Of a stretch of 64,000 nucleotides of DNA, positions 12,611-24,917 are shown in pieces. Position 1 is the first letter of the stretch. Each line of letters starts with the position of its first letter. Origin of the DNA: Azolla caroliniana (lineage: Eukaryota; Plantae; Polypodiophyta); assembly GCA_043228905.1 (NCBI GenBank), contig JBHGNT010000022.1, positions 8,432,001 to 8,496,000 of the forward strand, given 5' to 3'. The notes beneath the pieces are model-generated. The model did no database searches, was not told the DNA's origin, and saw only the letters and a program-made list of their open reading frames with translations. The translations under genes and the position numbers were made by a program.

Positions 12611-13535
12611 TTCGTGTTATCGTCCCCTTGTGTGTTCATCTTGCATGCTCATCTTTGCTTGTACCTGTTTGATCACTTGGCTCGTGCGGTGATCTCAAAA
12701 ACTCGACAAGTCGTGATCAACGAAAGCCACCGGCCCCACAAAAGGGGCAATGAGCCCTTGGTTGGGAAGTAGTATTGTCGTAAAGCAAACCTCGAGTCTT
12801 CTCTATCCCTTCGTACTCCCTAGTCCAAGGCCCCCATGGTCCCGCCCAAGTAACACACACGCGCGAAACTTCGTGACAACGTGTTAGCGTGTATGCAGCC
12901 AAACTCCAAAAGAATTCTCGCGAGATCGCCAATGAACTTGTTAGGCCCACCATGTGTTTGATACGCCTTGTTCGACACCGAGTACTCCCTGAAATATTCT
13001 TCGAGGATGTTCTATGGCGGAGCCTCGATGTCATGTTCTCGTCCTCACTGCAGGCCCAACACCGACCGGATTTGATTGTTGGTGATGGTGTTGGAATGCA
13101 CTCGGCGTGCGATCTCCTGCGCCTCAGGGTGGGGAAGTGCATCCATTACATGGAGGTATTCACCCAGGCCGTGCGCCTATTCAGCTAGGTGCGGAGCTCT
13201 TTGGACACTTCGAGCGGCATAATCATTTCGGAAGAGGAAAGGGAAGAGTGAGTATGGGGGTAAAGAAACAGGGATCTGGAAGAAGTTTTTGTGTTGAGAG
13301 TTTGAGAGCGGGAAAACGTTTGTGTAGAAGGCAAGAGAGCTTGAGGGCTTTGTGCGTGAGTGCGTGTTATGCCTGTGGTGCCCTCCTTTTTGTAGGTACC
13401 TTGGTTCTCGTGATGTGGCCTTGTGCCCTAGATTCAGAATCTTTCCTGCCATAATAAGTTTTAATACCACACTATCGTAGTGTAATTCGCACACTATGAG
13501 AAAATTGCATTTTTGTCCCTCCGGATGGGACAAGG

Positions 13536-13750
13536 AGGAACCGGTAAAGAAGAACCGGTGAGAACAGGATGAAGGAGGAATTGGCAAGGAGGAACCGGTA
13601 AGGAGATCCGGTGAGAACCGGATGAAGGAGGAATCGGTGAGAACCGGATGAAGGAGGAATCGACAAGGAGGAACCGGTAAGGAGGACCCGGTAAGAACCG
13701 GATCAAGGAGCCGGATAAAGAAGGCCGATGAGAGTCTCTCACCGGATGAA
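13536..13750. repeat. Degenerate short purine-rich repeats (GGAGGAACCGGT / GAGAACCGGATGAA)
   Basis: Seen directly. It lies in the spacer between the gypsy integrase and the accessory ORF. Confidence 0.8.
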
Positions 13751-14173
13751 GAGACAAATTTGTAAATAGAAGAAACGATTGTTACGTGCATAGGGCTGGA
13801 TTTGAACCCTGTACCTCCATGTAGACAAACCCCAACTTTACGATTACACTAACATATCATTAGTGCTAAAAAAAAAGTAGACGTTCCACATAGAAAGGTA
13901 AGTGCACACTAGGATAAACTTTAGTTAGAAGAAAACGCATGATAAAAGAAAAAGCTACACACGCACATCTAGCGTGCATGAAGACTATAGTCGATAAAAA
14001 CGCATCAATTTAGAAAAAGCATGTTAGGTAAAGCATATAGTCTATTGTTAGAGAAAAAGCATGGATTATTAAGAATCTCTCATCACTATATAAGGATGGG
14101 GAGCAGAAAGTAATAGGTGTGTGTGAAATACTTGGAAATTGGATATATTTCTAAAAGACACCAATTAATATAT

Positions 14174-14331
14174 TCGTGGGATTCACGAAATAAACTATAC
14201 TCGTGGGATTCACGAAATAAACTATACTCGTGGGATTCACGAGATTTCTATATCCTTCTCTTTCAATCCAAATTCATATTCTTATATATATATTGATTAA
14301 TAAAATTCATTATACTTGTGGGATTCACAAG
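14174..14331. repeat. 27-bp tandem repeat with a palindromic core TCGTG-GGATT-CACGA (3 copies plus 1 variant)
   Basis: Copies at 14174, 14201 and 14228; variant at 14315. Confidence 0.9.
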
Positions 14332-14669
14332 TTTTCTATATCTCTTTCTTATAATCTATTCATATTGATAACTAAACTCGTCTCAAATTCTTCCTCCTCC
14401 TAGTCCAAAACCCCGGCGGTTCCCACCCGACTCATGCAAACAATCTGGCGCCGAAAGGCACGACAACGCGTCTCTAGAAACGTTTTTACTTTCTTTTCTA
14501 GTGTGGCATGCATGCTCTTTAAATACTCTAGTTAGCGAGTCTTTAAATGCTTTTGTTTTTTTTTCACATAGTATACAATTTCGTGCAGTAGGTAGAGTAA
14601 TTACCAGAATTGTGGCGATGGCCCCCCAAAATCCTTTGTTTCATCTCCCGCGGGCTGGTCATGACTGTG

Positions 14670-15290
14670 TTATTGACTAGCGAAGGGATTGGGTGGGGTC
14701 TTGTTGAGATACGATTTTAACTGAAAGTCATTCACCCAACTCTGCAAGACGTTGCCGGCTAAAGTGTTGAGCTGGAATGTTCCATTAAATTCGTTAATAA
14801 TCCAGAAGGGTGTCCACCGGAAACGGAGCTTCCCTGGCATCGCGCCGAGCCAAGTTTGAAACACAAGGACCGGTTTTCCGATTTCGAATGATTTCTCGGA
14901 TCCCTTCCGATGACAATCGACAAAGGCTTTCCTTTGCTGTTGCCCGTGTTCTAAATGGCCCAGGCTGGCGATCCGCTATTCCCCCAGTTCGAGTAATTGT
15001 TCGAGTCGTTTTTGTTCAGATTCCGACTCGGGCAACCGTTCGATAATTTGAACTCGTCTTGTCTTGTCTTGAACGTCGTTTGGTACACTCAGAGTGCACT
15101 ATGGAGCTTGTCATCCCAATCGGTTTGATTTTTGTTCACGATCTTCTTGAGGATGGTTTGCACTGTCTTATTCGTTGACTCAGCCAGGGCGTTTGCCTGT
15201 GGATAGTATGACATGCTTTTCTTATGCACTACCGCGTAGTGTGTGGTGAGTTCTCGAATAAGTCGATTGAGACCTAAATAGTGGGTGTTT
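14670..15290 (-). pseudogene. Ty3/gypsy (Athila/Tat-like) integrase fragment
   Basis: YYPQANALAESTNK..DWDDKLHSAL, and GKPVLVFQ..MPGKLRFRWT.PFWI (GPY/F-type motif). Confidence 0.85.
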
Positions 15291-16022
15291 GCACAATTTA
15301 CACAGGTTGACACAAAATCAAAGATTGATTGTTTTCCTATTTCTCAGATATTGGGGATTACGTCATAATTGGGATATGCGCAATGCTTTTGTATTTGATG
15401 GTAGGCATGGAGTGAAAGCATATTTGCGAAAGTTGAAGGGAGTACTAATGTGGCAATTTTCTTTATTGGAGCTAGTGGAAATTCTTTCCTTAGTGGAGTG
15501 TTCGTCTTGCTTATTGGCAATTCAACATGTTCCACTACCCATGTAGTGTAATTAGTGGGTGACCATACTCCATTGTGACACCCATTGTAAGTAGTGTTTT
15601 TCACACATTTTTATTAGTATAATTGTGTGTTTTCACAAAAGAGAGAGAGAGAGAGAGAGAATATCAGAGATTAAGAATTTGCATTAACAAATGTGGGAGC
15701 ATTACAATAACAACTCACGAGATTTTTTTGAGACTCATTGGGAAAGTGTTATCCCGTCATTGGAAGCCACGGGTAAGGAGATTTGGACCTCAGGAACGAT
15801 GTTGATGGGCTTGGCTGAGGGGATGATCTATCTCATCCCTAAAGTGGCAGGGCGAAGCCTAGAGCTGCGACAATGGCGTCCAATCACGATCCTTAACACG
15901 ATATACAAGATACTCACAAAATTCCTAGCTCGGCGGATAACAAGCTTCTTACCAGACATCATACATGAGAATCAAACAGGGTTTATCAAGGGTAGGTGTA
16001 TCTTTGATAATGTGTTGCTTCT

Positions 16023-16628
16023 TGTTGGGAATATGTCCCTCTAGTGGGAGGATAAGCCGACTGTTCGGAAAGCCGATTGTCAAAGGGTCGAAAATAGTGA
16101 TTCGACTGTTATTATTATTATGGTAATAATAATGATGATGTTAGGAAACAGGTCACTCCGGATGGGAAGAGAGAGGAGCCGAGTTGATGAGGGACTATAC
16201 TTGTAAATAGTCAACTCATGAGACTATACTTGTAAATAGTCTCAATGTGCACCCCATGAGGGCTAGGCATGTAAATAGCCAGAAAGTTGTGTAAGTATAT
16301 ATGCAACTAGTGCAAACTTTAAGAGGGAGAATAGAAGAGAACTGTGTGCAGAGAGTGAGTGTGAGAGAGAAGTGTGTGCCGCGCCATAGCTGTGTGAGTA
16401 ACAACAGATGCGAAGAGCCCTGCGTGGCTGATACACTCGACAAAGTGTTGTAACCCTCTCAATGTTGTATATCCACTATCCATAGTGAAGATCTATTCCC
16501 GTGGTTTTCTCCCATTTTAGGGTTTCCATGTAAATCTCTGTGCATAGTTGTCTATCTTGTTTTTTTGTGATTCGTATTTCAGCATTGTCTGTTCATTGTG
16601 ATTTAAATTCCGCAACGATTTCTCAACA
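16023..16628 (+). mobile_element. Solo LTR, 606 bp, TSD CTTCT
   Basis: TGTTGGG...CTCAACA, with CTTCT at 16018-16022 and 16629-16633. The LINE RT resumes afterwards. Confidence 0.9.
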
Positions 16629-17166
16629 CTTCTCTGGGAAGTTATGGCATTGGTAGATCACTCCGTATCGAGCTCGGCTATTCTGATGTTAGACTTTGAG
16701 AAGGCCTACGACAGGGTGTTATGGCCCTTTTTGGAAAGTGTGATGAGAGCTATGGGCCTATCCCAACAATGGAGGAATTGCACTTCAACACTCTATCGGA
16801 CTGCTACCAGTAGCGTGCTGGTAGATGGTGCTAGGGGCCCCGCCATCCAACTACCTCTATTTGTAATTGGGGCTTTCTCTTCCTACTTACAAGCACCAAG
16901 CAACGGACTGAGGGGATTGCCCATCCCCAATGTGACTGAAGATCTTCTGTTATCTGAAGATGCCAATGATACGGTCCTTTTCTTGCAGGGCGATGATGAG
17001 AATTTGCAACGGGCTCAACATCTTGTTGAGGACTTTTGTTAGGCTGCTAGTGCCAGGGTCAATTGGGATAAAACCCAAGGCCTTTGGTTCAACAAACAAG
17101 AGAAACCAAGGTGGCAACCCCATACTGATTTTACATGGGTCCCTGATGGGACGACATTCAAGTATC

Positions 17167-17847
17167 TGACGGGAACTAAACGCTCCCCTATACGCAACGC
17201 TCGGCCACAACCAAGCTTAGATTCATGCACAGAAAAAAAAACGGGAAATGAAAGCACGACACAAAGAGGAGAAGAGTACACAGGACATTTACGTGGAAAA
17301 CCCAAAGAGGGAAAAACCACGGCAGCCCACAGGCTGCAAACTATCACTATGCTAGAATGTACAACAGTGAGTTCACGGAGGCAACGACCTCGTGCTCACG
17401 ATCCTCGCCACAGGCGGCGGTTACAACAGAGGCAACGACCTCTTGCTCTCTCTCTCTCTGTACACTGTTACACGCTCACTCTATTCTTGCACCAACAAGA
17501 ATAACAACAACAGTCTGCCCTAAGTCATATTTATACTAATATGACTTTTCGGCTATTTACAAATATAGCCTCGATGGACTCTCGTAACTGTGTACTCTTC
17601 ATCCGGTCTTCATACCGGGTCTGCACCATCCGGCTCTCCGTAGCCGGGTACTCCTCATCCGGTTCATACCGGGTCTGCACCATTCGGCTCTCCGTAGCCG
17701 AGTACTCCTCATCCGGTTCATACCGGGTTTGCACCATTCGGCTCTCTGTAGCCGGGTACTCCTCATCCGGTTTCGGCCTCGGCCGAGTTTGTTCATCAGC
17801 ACTGTTCTTCTTCTCCCTTCCCATCCGGAGGGACCTGTCTCCCAACA
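17167..17847 (-). mobile_element. Solo LTR related to copia family A, 681 bp, TSD GTATC, with three 54-bp internal repeats
   Basis: TG...CA termini, with GTATC at 17162-17166 and 17848-17852. Shares ctcggccacaacc, acgtggaaaaccc and ccctaagtcatattt with the LTRs at 35962 and 46052. Confidence 0.9.
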
Positions 17848-20800
17848 GTATCTAGGATTTACGATGGGGAGGGCAATCCCCAAGGGAGCGCAATTGTCCC
17901 ATGTGCAAACCAAAATAAGCAAGAAACTAAACCAATGGATTAGATCTAAATTATCCTTTGCTGGTAGGGTTCTTATTGCGAACCAAGTGATGCTCGCCAC
18001 CATGTGGCACTCAGTCTCCTGCTGGATTAAGGCTGCCATCAGGGGGTTTATATGGTCAGGTAAGGACAACCTGATGGCTCCCGCCAGGGTGTCATGGCAT
18101 TGGTTAACACAATAGCGGCCCAAAAGGGGGCTTGGCCTCATAGACCCCTTAATGCAGAGCCGAGCATTGCTAGCCAAAATGGTGGTTCGATGCCTCCTGC
18201 CATGTAAGGGGTGCTAGAAGGTACTACTTCGCAACAGGTTGCAAGCAGGAACTCCCAAGTATGGTAGGCCTTGGCCTGACTCCTTGAATTGGTGTTGCAC
18301 GAACGAAGTCCCACCCAAGATGGTTTGTCAACCGGAGGACAGGGTCACGAACTCCATCTTGCGGGCATGGTGTCACATATGATATCATTTGGTCAAGCAC
18401 ACCACGGAGACACAAATTGAGTGGTCTAGAAAACCATTATTTTGGAACCCTTAGGTGCGAACAAGTGACGACATGATGTTAGGGTAGCTTAAGGGCCTAG
18501 CATGGGGAAAGCTAGCGCAAATAGGGCCCCACTCTATAGATGATTGGAGACGCATGATGGCTTCAGGAGGAGCCCAGGAGGCCCCGTTCCCTCCCCTCAA
18601 GGGAGCCATGAAAATGCGGAGATTGATAGCTGAGGCAGTTTATAGGGTTCCGATGGGGGAGATGAGAGAAGATGCATGGTTCGGTCTCTTTGATGAGGCT
18701 GGAATGGTTAAGTTGTTGAAGGGCATGAGCAGATCGGGAAGAGATACAATTTTTGGGGAGCGTCAGAATAGGGGCACTTGGCACCCAATCCGAGTGGTGG
18801 CACAGGTTGATAACATTTGGAAGACTGGCCCAAATGTTGGTAAGGTGGAACCCCATTGGAAGTTATGGGTATACGGTTGTCATCCCCTCGTTGAACTAGA
18901 ATGGGACCTAGGGGATTTCAGGTGGAAACATGATGATAGATTCCGCCATTTCTTCGAGTACAACACTAAATTGGGCCGGACTTTACAACTGCAGCTAGAC
19001 GACCCCTTATGCAATGGCTGGTGAACATTGGGCATCCCTGATGAGGTGCTAATTACCTTTTGGAAGGGTCTCTGGCGTCTCCACATGGCTGAAAAGATCA
19101 AGCTCTTTTGGTGGCAAATCAGTCATAATGTGGTTCCCGTTGGCGACTGGCTAGGTAAACGTGGTGGCCCGTTAGGTTGCCCACTTTGCCCTTCCCCTAT
19201 TGAGACTCTAAGACATTGTCTGTGGGATTGCCCTCAAGCTCAAAAGGTATGGGATAGAGTGACTCGCCTCCTTGCGGCATGTGAAGCGGAAGGAACAACG
19301 TCATGGAATGTTGCGGCATGGATTGATCACTCCGTTGATAGGTGGATGGACGCCTTCAATGCGGATAGTTGGTGCTACATATGCACGAGAGGCAAAATCG
19401 CCAAGATTCATTTTGAGAGAGGCTTGCAGTCTGCATCCCCTAGGTTCCCAAAAATTTGGATGATGATCGCAAGCTTCACCGTATGGAAAGCGCGTTGCCT
19501 AAAGGTCTTTCAAGATCTAGTACGGTCCCCGGAGGAAGTGATCATGGACATATGCTTTGCGCTTATCAACTACCTACGAGGGCAATTAGACAAGGTTTGT
19601 AGCCATTCCAATGATGTTGTCACTGCCCATTTGCGCTTTTGGTAGAAATGGTGGAAAACGCCTATGGTGCCACAAGGAGGAAGTGGCCCAAGGTGGAACT
19701 ACTAGCCCCCACGTTGGCTATTTCTGACTCACCTGCCTCCCTCCCTTCGTTGTAGGCCCCAGGAGTTGGCCTGTACAAGCTAACACTGAAGGGCACTGCT
19801 TTTAGCTATATGTATCTACTTACATTAAGTAGTTAGTCCGAAAGGCTATGTAAGCAGTCTCATTTTCTTCAAGTTGATCAGAGGGAGATTCCCTGATTTG
19901 TGTATAAGCCTCCTTGTATAGTCTCTTTGTAATAATCCGTCCTAACTAATGGGAAAGTAGCTTCATTTTGAAAAAAAAAAAAAACTACTTGAAATGCTAA
20001 GCATAATTAACATACAAAAGAACTTCCCTAGAGTAAGCACATGGTTTTATCCATTTGACTCAATTACAACATTTGAGATATATTGAGAGAAACATTCTCC
20101 TATAAAAGTGTGATAAAGAACAATCGTGATGCATATGGGTATGTGTTTTACATTATCTAGCCTTTGAGGTATAATGTCACTATCATTCAACTCATATAGA
20201 AAGACCAGAGGGACACATAATCAATCTTATGATTTAATACACTATCTTGTATGTAGAATCCTGCAGACACCATAACCCATCTAGAAAATGTGTAACATGG
20301 ACATATAAACATAGAAGGACATTATTATACATAAGTTGGGATTTCTAACGCTTGAACTATCATGACATTAGAAAGTATAGGGCACCTTTTGTCATGAATT
20401 GAGGGACACACTTTCTTCTTTTGTGAAAATGTCGTTACTAGGGACACCAAATTTTCCTATTGGACTTGCCACTCTTTCTTGTATGTGTAGTGGCCAATGA
20501 CTTGTTTTGTAGATTTAGGATATGCACCCAATGGTATCTATCACTACCTTGTATTGAACCCATTGATATCCTAACACACAATTGATTTCTTAAAGGATAT
20601 TTTCTTAAGGATCCTTTTGATGCCTCAAGTTTGTGTAGAGAACCATATGTACAAGTACCATAGGTTGCTCAAGAGCATGAATAGTTGCCTGCAACTCTTG
20701 CTCTTTGAATAGAATAATTTTGTTGGAAGTTATTTGACTTTCTAGATTTTAAACACAATAACTTTCCCATGGTAGAGTAATACTACTTCTATGGCAATAG

Positions 20801-23800
20801 AATAATAATATGTTGCTATTACAAATGACATACTAGGTTGTACATTAGTAACACCAATGTCATAGACAGAGTTAGTAGTCTTACACATGTCTTAAATATA
20901 TGTTGTTTCTAAGAATAATCTCTTATTCCTATATTGTTTAATTGTGAACTACATCTTATCATAGTCGTTGAAAAACTTGAGAGACTTATGCAACTTTTCC
21001 ATACAATCACTCCATATTTTCCTTGATCTCAATAGAATCCATGTGGATATCATCAAAATACACAATATGACCGAAAGGTTAAACGTTCAACGGAAATTTT
21101 CAAATTTGGAAACTTTTTCATGTGTTGTGTGAATTAAATTACTTTTTTCTAAGTCTCTAAGTGGGTCCCTTGCAAGTAATTAAATATGCGAATACCATCC
21201 AAAAAGATTAGCACAAGCGTTTCCAATATTGGGTTTAACAAACTATTAATTAGTGTCATAAACATAATTAGAATGTTAATGAGGCCAAACAAGATGACCA
21301 TAAACTTATATTGTCTAAAACACATCATGTACAAATCTTATAAACACATTTAATGTTGATTTTACTAGACTAATGTGCTTCTCAAAGTTGATCAAACAAT
21401 TGATCATCTGATGGCAAGTTGATGTTGTTTAGTTTGAGGATATTTTAGTGACATCATGGAAAGGCCCTTTTTTATTTGATTTGAGCACATGCTTCTAGTA
21501 CTAATGCATCTTCATGTGAAATCTTACGATAGTATACGGCATATTTACAAATTTACTCTTTGAAACTCAAGGTTTTGGAAAGCAATATTGTAATCGATTA
21601 CATTGGTTTCTCTACAATTTCAATTTCCACAACTCAAATGTTTTGTTTTTCGAGCTAGTTTGACGGTATGAGGCATATGCCTTTGAACAAAACGTGATTA
21701 GGCTTTCTAGATTTTAACCTTGTCTACTCCATTATTTACATGGAACAAATAGCTTGTAAAAGTATCATTTATTAATACTTGGTACACCCTTTATGTCAAA
21801 AGAAGTTGCCAACAACTTCTTTTTGGAAACACCCTATACCTTTTTCTTTATAGTACATTAAGATAAAAAACACATTGATGTGGAGACCTCGAGGATGAGT
21901 GTGGTATCCATAATATCTCACAACCAATTTCTTGCCTTATTTCTAATTTGTTTTTGCTTTGAATAGTCATTATGGCTCACAAGTTCGATATCCCTCAGAT
22001 AAAAATGTGGATGTCCTCCTCTTTTAGTTACCTATTGGGCATCCATTATTCAAGCTTCATATTAGGTCTCTGATCTTTATAAAGAAAGGTTATATCTCCC
22101 CTCTTCCTCACTGTCACTCTTAGTATGCTTTTCCTTTCTTTTCCTAAAAGTAATGAATATGTTAGATTAAGACGATAATACAACCCTTCGTTTCCCTAAT
22201 ATAGTAGCAAGGATCTTATGGCAAGGTAAACTCTCAAAGGTGTTGTAAGACTAGTGAACATAATGGAAACTCTACAAACTTTGCAATCCCTACTTGAGCA
22301 ACAAGGATCTCATGGAAGGGGAGTAAGTCTAGCTAGCATGATGGAAACTCCTTGATGGATAGGGTGCCCGAAAGAGCTCAATTAAAAAGGTTGCCAAATA
22401 CATAGTTTCCCTTTTTGGCCTACTTATGTGTTGTGGTTCTCAATGGAAACCATGAATCATCCTTCATTCATCCCAAAGGCCACTCGTTCTCCCTCAAGCA
22501 CCTCTACGAAACCAATCAAAGAGTTAATAAGTGACCATAATGCTAATTGAGGTCTTCTCTTTCTCTCTCTTTCTCTAGAGCTCTCTCTTGCTCCCCACCC
22601 GCCCTCTCTAAAAGAATATATCATTAAATATGAAATAAGTTGGTGGGAGTACATAATAAGAGCATCTTTTTGACTAATGACAAAATAAATTTGGTAAATT
22701 TTTAGCACATTGTCGAATAGAAAAACTTGTATGCATTACCATACGGAATATATCCCAAAAAGTTATCCTAAACGTAAGTTTTGATCTCCCCTCTACTAGG
22801 GTATATTCATTTGGGAAAACTGGTGGTAGGTGAGCTTTTTACTCAACAAGGTTGGCATTTTATATGTTGGCGAGCTTTTAGAAATTTGTTGTTTCCTCTC
22901 CATGATTGACGCATGATCCATCCATGACACATCCATATTGGCACACCTTTTCCTTCCACATGCAACCGTGAAATTTCCTAATCACACAATTTTATCGAGA
23001 GATTGTTTCCATTGCATGTACAACAATGAATTGTCCTAAAAATAAAAGTTTCGTGGGATATCCTTTGCGCATTCATCACACACCCATGAACATTGAGTGT
23101 AAGGTTTACAACTCCATCCTTTAAAGGAGCTTTTGGATAAAGATTCTAATTAGAGTTCTTGTAGGGAGCATAATATTAACATAATATTGACATTAAGTTT
23201 CAATATTGTGAGACAAATAACAAAAATTCATCATTGCCATACTATTAACATAAATCTTATTGTTGCAATTTTGTTACTATAAACCCATTATCATAAACAT
23301 AGGGCCCCATTATAGTGCCAATATTAACCATGGATTGCTCTAAAGATGTAATTGCCATTACCACTATGTCTAATCCTTGCAAGGAAATCTATGATTTACT
23401 ATATGTTCCTCAATTACAAAGGTCAAATAGTGCTAGAGATATTTATTGAGATTAATGGTTGAGTGTTGATTTAATATTGTAGGATACTTTGCCCAATGCT
23501 ATTTTCAGTAGTAACAATTCACAAGCTATGTGTTTGTTGGAAGTTAAAAATGGATCATGATATATAACTGACAATAAAGAGATGAATAAATAAATTAGCT
23601 CGATGCATAAAACTCATTTTAGAAAATTGAAATACTTTCTTGGAGAAGAAAATAATAAAATTGAAAAAATAACATTTTTGGTCAACTAGGACCCACACCA
23701 AATATGTATTATTGGTGGGGTGTTGTACATTTGTCTCAAACTAGGGGTCCAAATATGTATTATTGGAGGGGGGGGGGTGTTAAACTTTTGTCTTAGGCTA

Positions 23801-24584
23801 GTGGGCTAGAAGTGTATCCAAACACACACACAAACACACACACAGGAACATTTGTTTGTCAAACCAAATATGCCCTCGTAAATTCGTAAGGAATTTGGGA
23901 TAGAGACATGTAGGTCAAGCTTCTATGCTTACGAATCACGATATCAACTTGATGCTAATGAAGAGTAACAAGGAGAAGATGGAGAGAGCGCACAACAAAA
24001 ATTGAGCGTTAAGTTGTGTTCCAAAAGTCTCCTCTACGATAATGTGGCGTGTAGTTTAGGAGAGGCTGTAAATGACGTGATTGCAAGGATCCATACAAAA
24101 CCATGTGGCATAATATATAGCTAATTAGGAGAACTAAGTGATGAATGATGTGGTTTCAAAGACAATTTGAACCCATGACCGACCTACTCCTTTAAGAGTG
24201 TGTGTGCGTCGGTCAATCGATAGATAGCCTAATTCTTTACGACGAAACAACCTTTATAGGTAAAGCTCATTACGATGGGAAGAAAATCTATGATCGGATC
24301 TACCGAAGAGGCGAGAGACAAGCCTAGGATGTGCCTTGGAAGGGGACTAGGGATATATGCCCATGGCAAAGTGTTGAATGTTGGTGGTCCATAGACACAC
24401 TTTTATCTCTCATCACTTGGCACCTCTTCAAGCTCTCCATGGGAATCCATGGTGTATAAGAAACAATAAGGAAAACGCTTGAGAGCCTCCTCCTCCTCCT
24501 CCACCTTCTTCTTCTTCTTTTTCTTCCTCTTTCAACGAGATAAAGGCTTGAAGATGGCAACGAGATTATCGTGTTGTCTCCTTT

Positions 24585-24628
24585 TTCTTCTTCTTCTTCT
24601 TCTTCTTCTTCTTCTTCTTCTTCTTCTT
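24585..24628. repeat. (CTT)n microsatellite upstream of the LEA gene
   Basis: Seen directly. Confidence 0.95.
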
Positions 24629-24917
24629 CCCTTTAGCATCCTTATTATTCATTCTTTTTCTCTTTTAACGGTCCTCCCTCTGTCTCTCAAAAAGAGAAAT
24701 AAAGAGACTAGTCTCTTTTGCTTACTTTCTTTATTGCCGTTTATCTCGAAGCGAATATAAACCAAGCTCCTTGATAATGACACCATTAAACGTGTGTTTT
24801 AAAAACAAACCCATCAGAGGGGAGGAAGGGAAGGAAGAGGGTTAAGTGGGGGGTGATTAGTGCTTGTGATTAGGGCCAACTTGGGGGTGATTAGTGCCTA
24901 CTTGTTAGATCAGCTGA

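Larger units (their letters stand above)
9021..12878 (+). mobile_element. Solo-LTR-like element (TGTCTTGA...TCGTGACA) containing a LINE fragment and a 105-bp tandem array
   Basis: Short inverted termini. 4-bp TSD ACGC/ACGT. Collinear, in inverted orientation, with 33090-34749 at both ends. Confidence 0.8.
8369..13225 (-). pseudogene. Degenerate retrotransposon accessory ORF, split by the 9021-12878 insertion
   Basis: Removing the insertion and one 4-bp TSD gives a continuous frame ...LARILLEFGCIHANTYSTPKNKASIIIMAYRGGAID...LLPVLAHY. It contains internal stops and a frameshift near 8815. Confidence 0.55.
15700..19984 (+). mobile_element. 5'-truncated L1-clade LINE (RT and zf-RVT), degenerate, with a poly(A) tail, interrupted by two solo LTRs
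   Basis: LIPK..WRPITILN..YKI, QTGFIKGR, LDFEKAYDRV, LSFAGRVLIANQV, KIKLFWW..CPLC..ET..HCLWDC. A-tail at 19971-19984. Confidence 0.9.

Noticed and set aside
14174-14245. CRISPR-like palindromic repeats
   Set aside because: The spacers are identical and only 12 bp, no cas genes are present, and the context is a eukaryotic TE.
8259-14442. One giant LTR bounded by TGTTGCA...TGCAAACA
   Set aside because: No TSD or second copy; the contents are better explained as a gypsy 3' region plus insertions.
20000-24300. Possible genes or TE remnants in the AT-rich region
   Set aside because: Only short ORFs and no motif I can support; probably highly decayed repeats.
24479-24760. 93-aa poly-Leu signal-peptide-like ORF
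   Set aside because: The hydrophobic run is just the (CTT)n microsatellite; kept only as a possible uORF.
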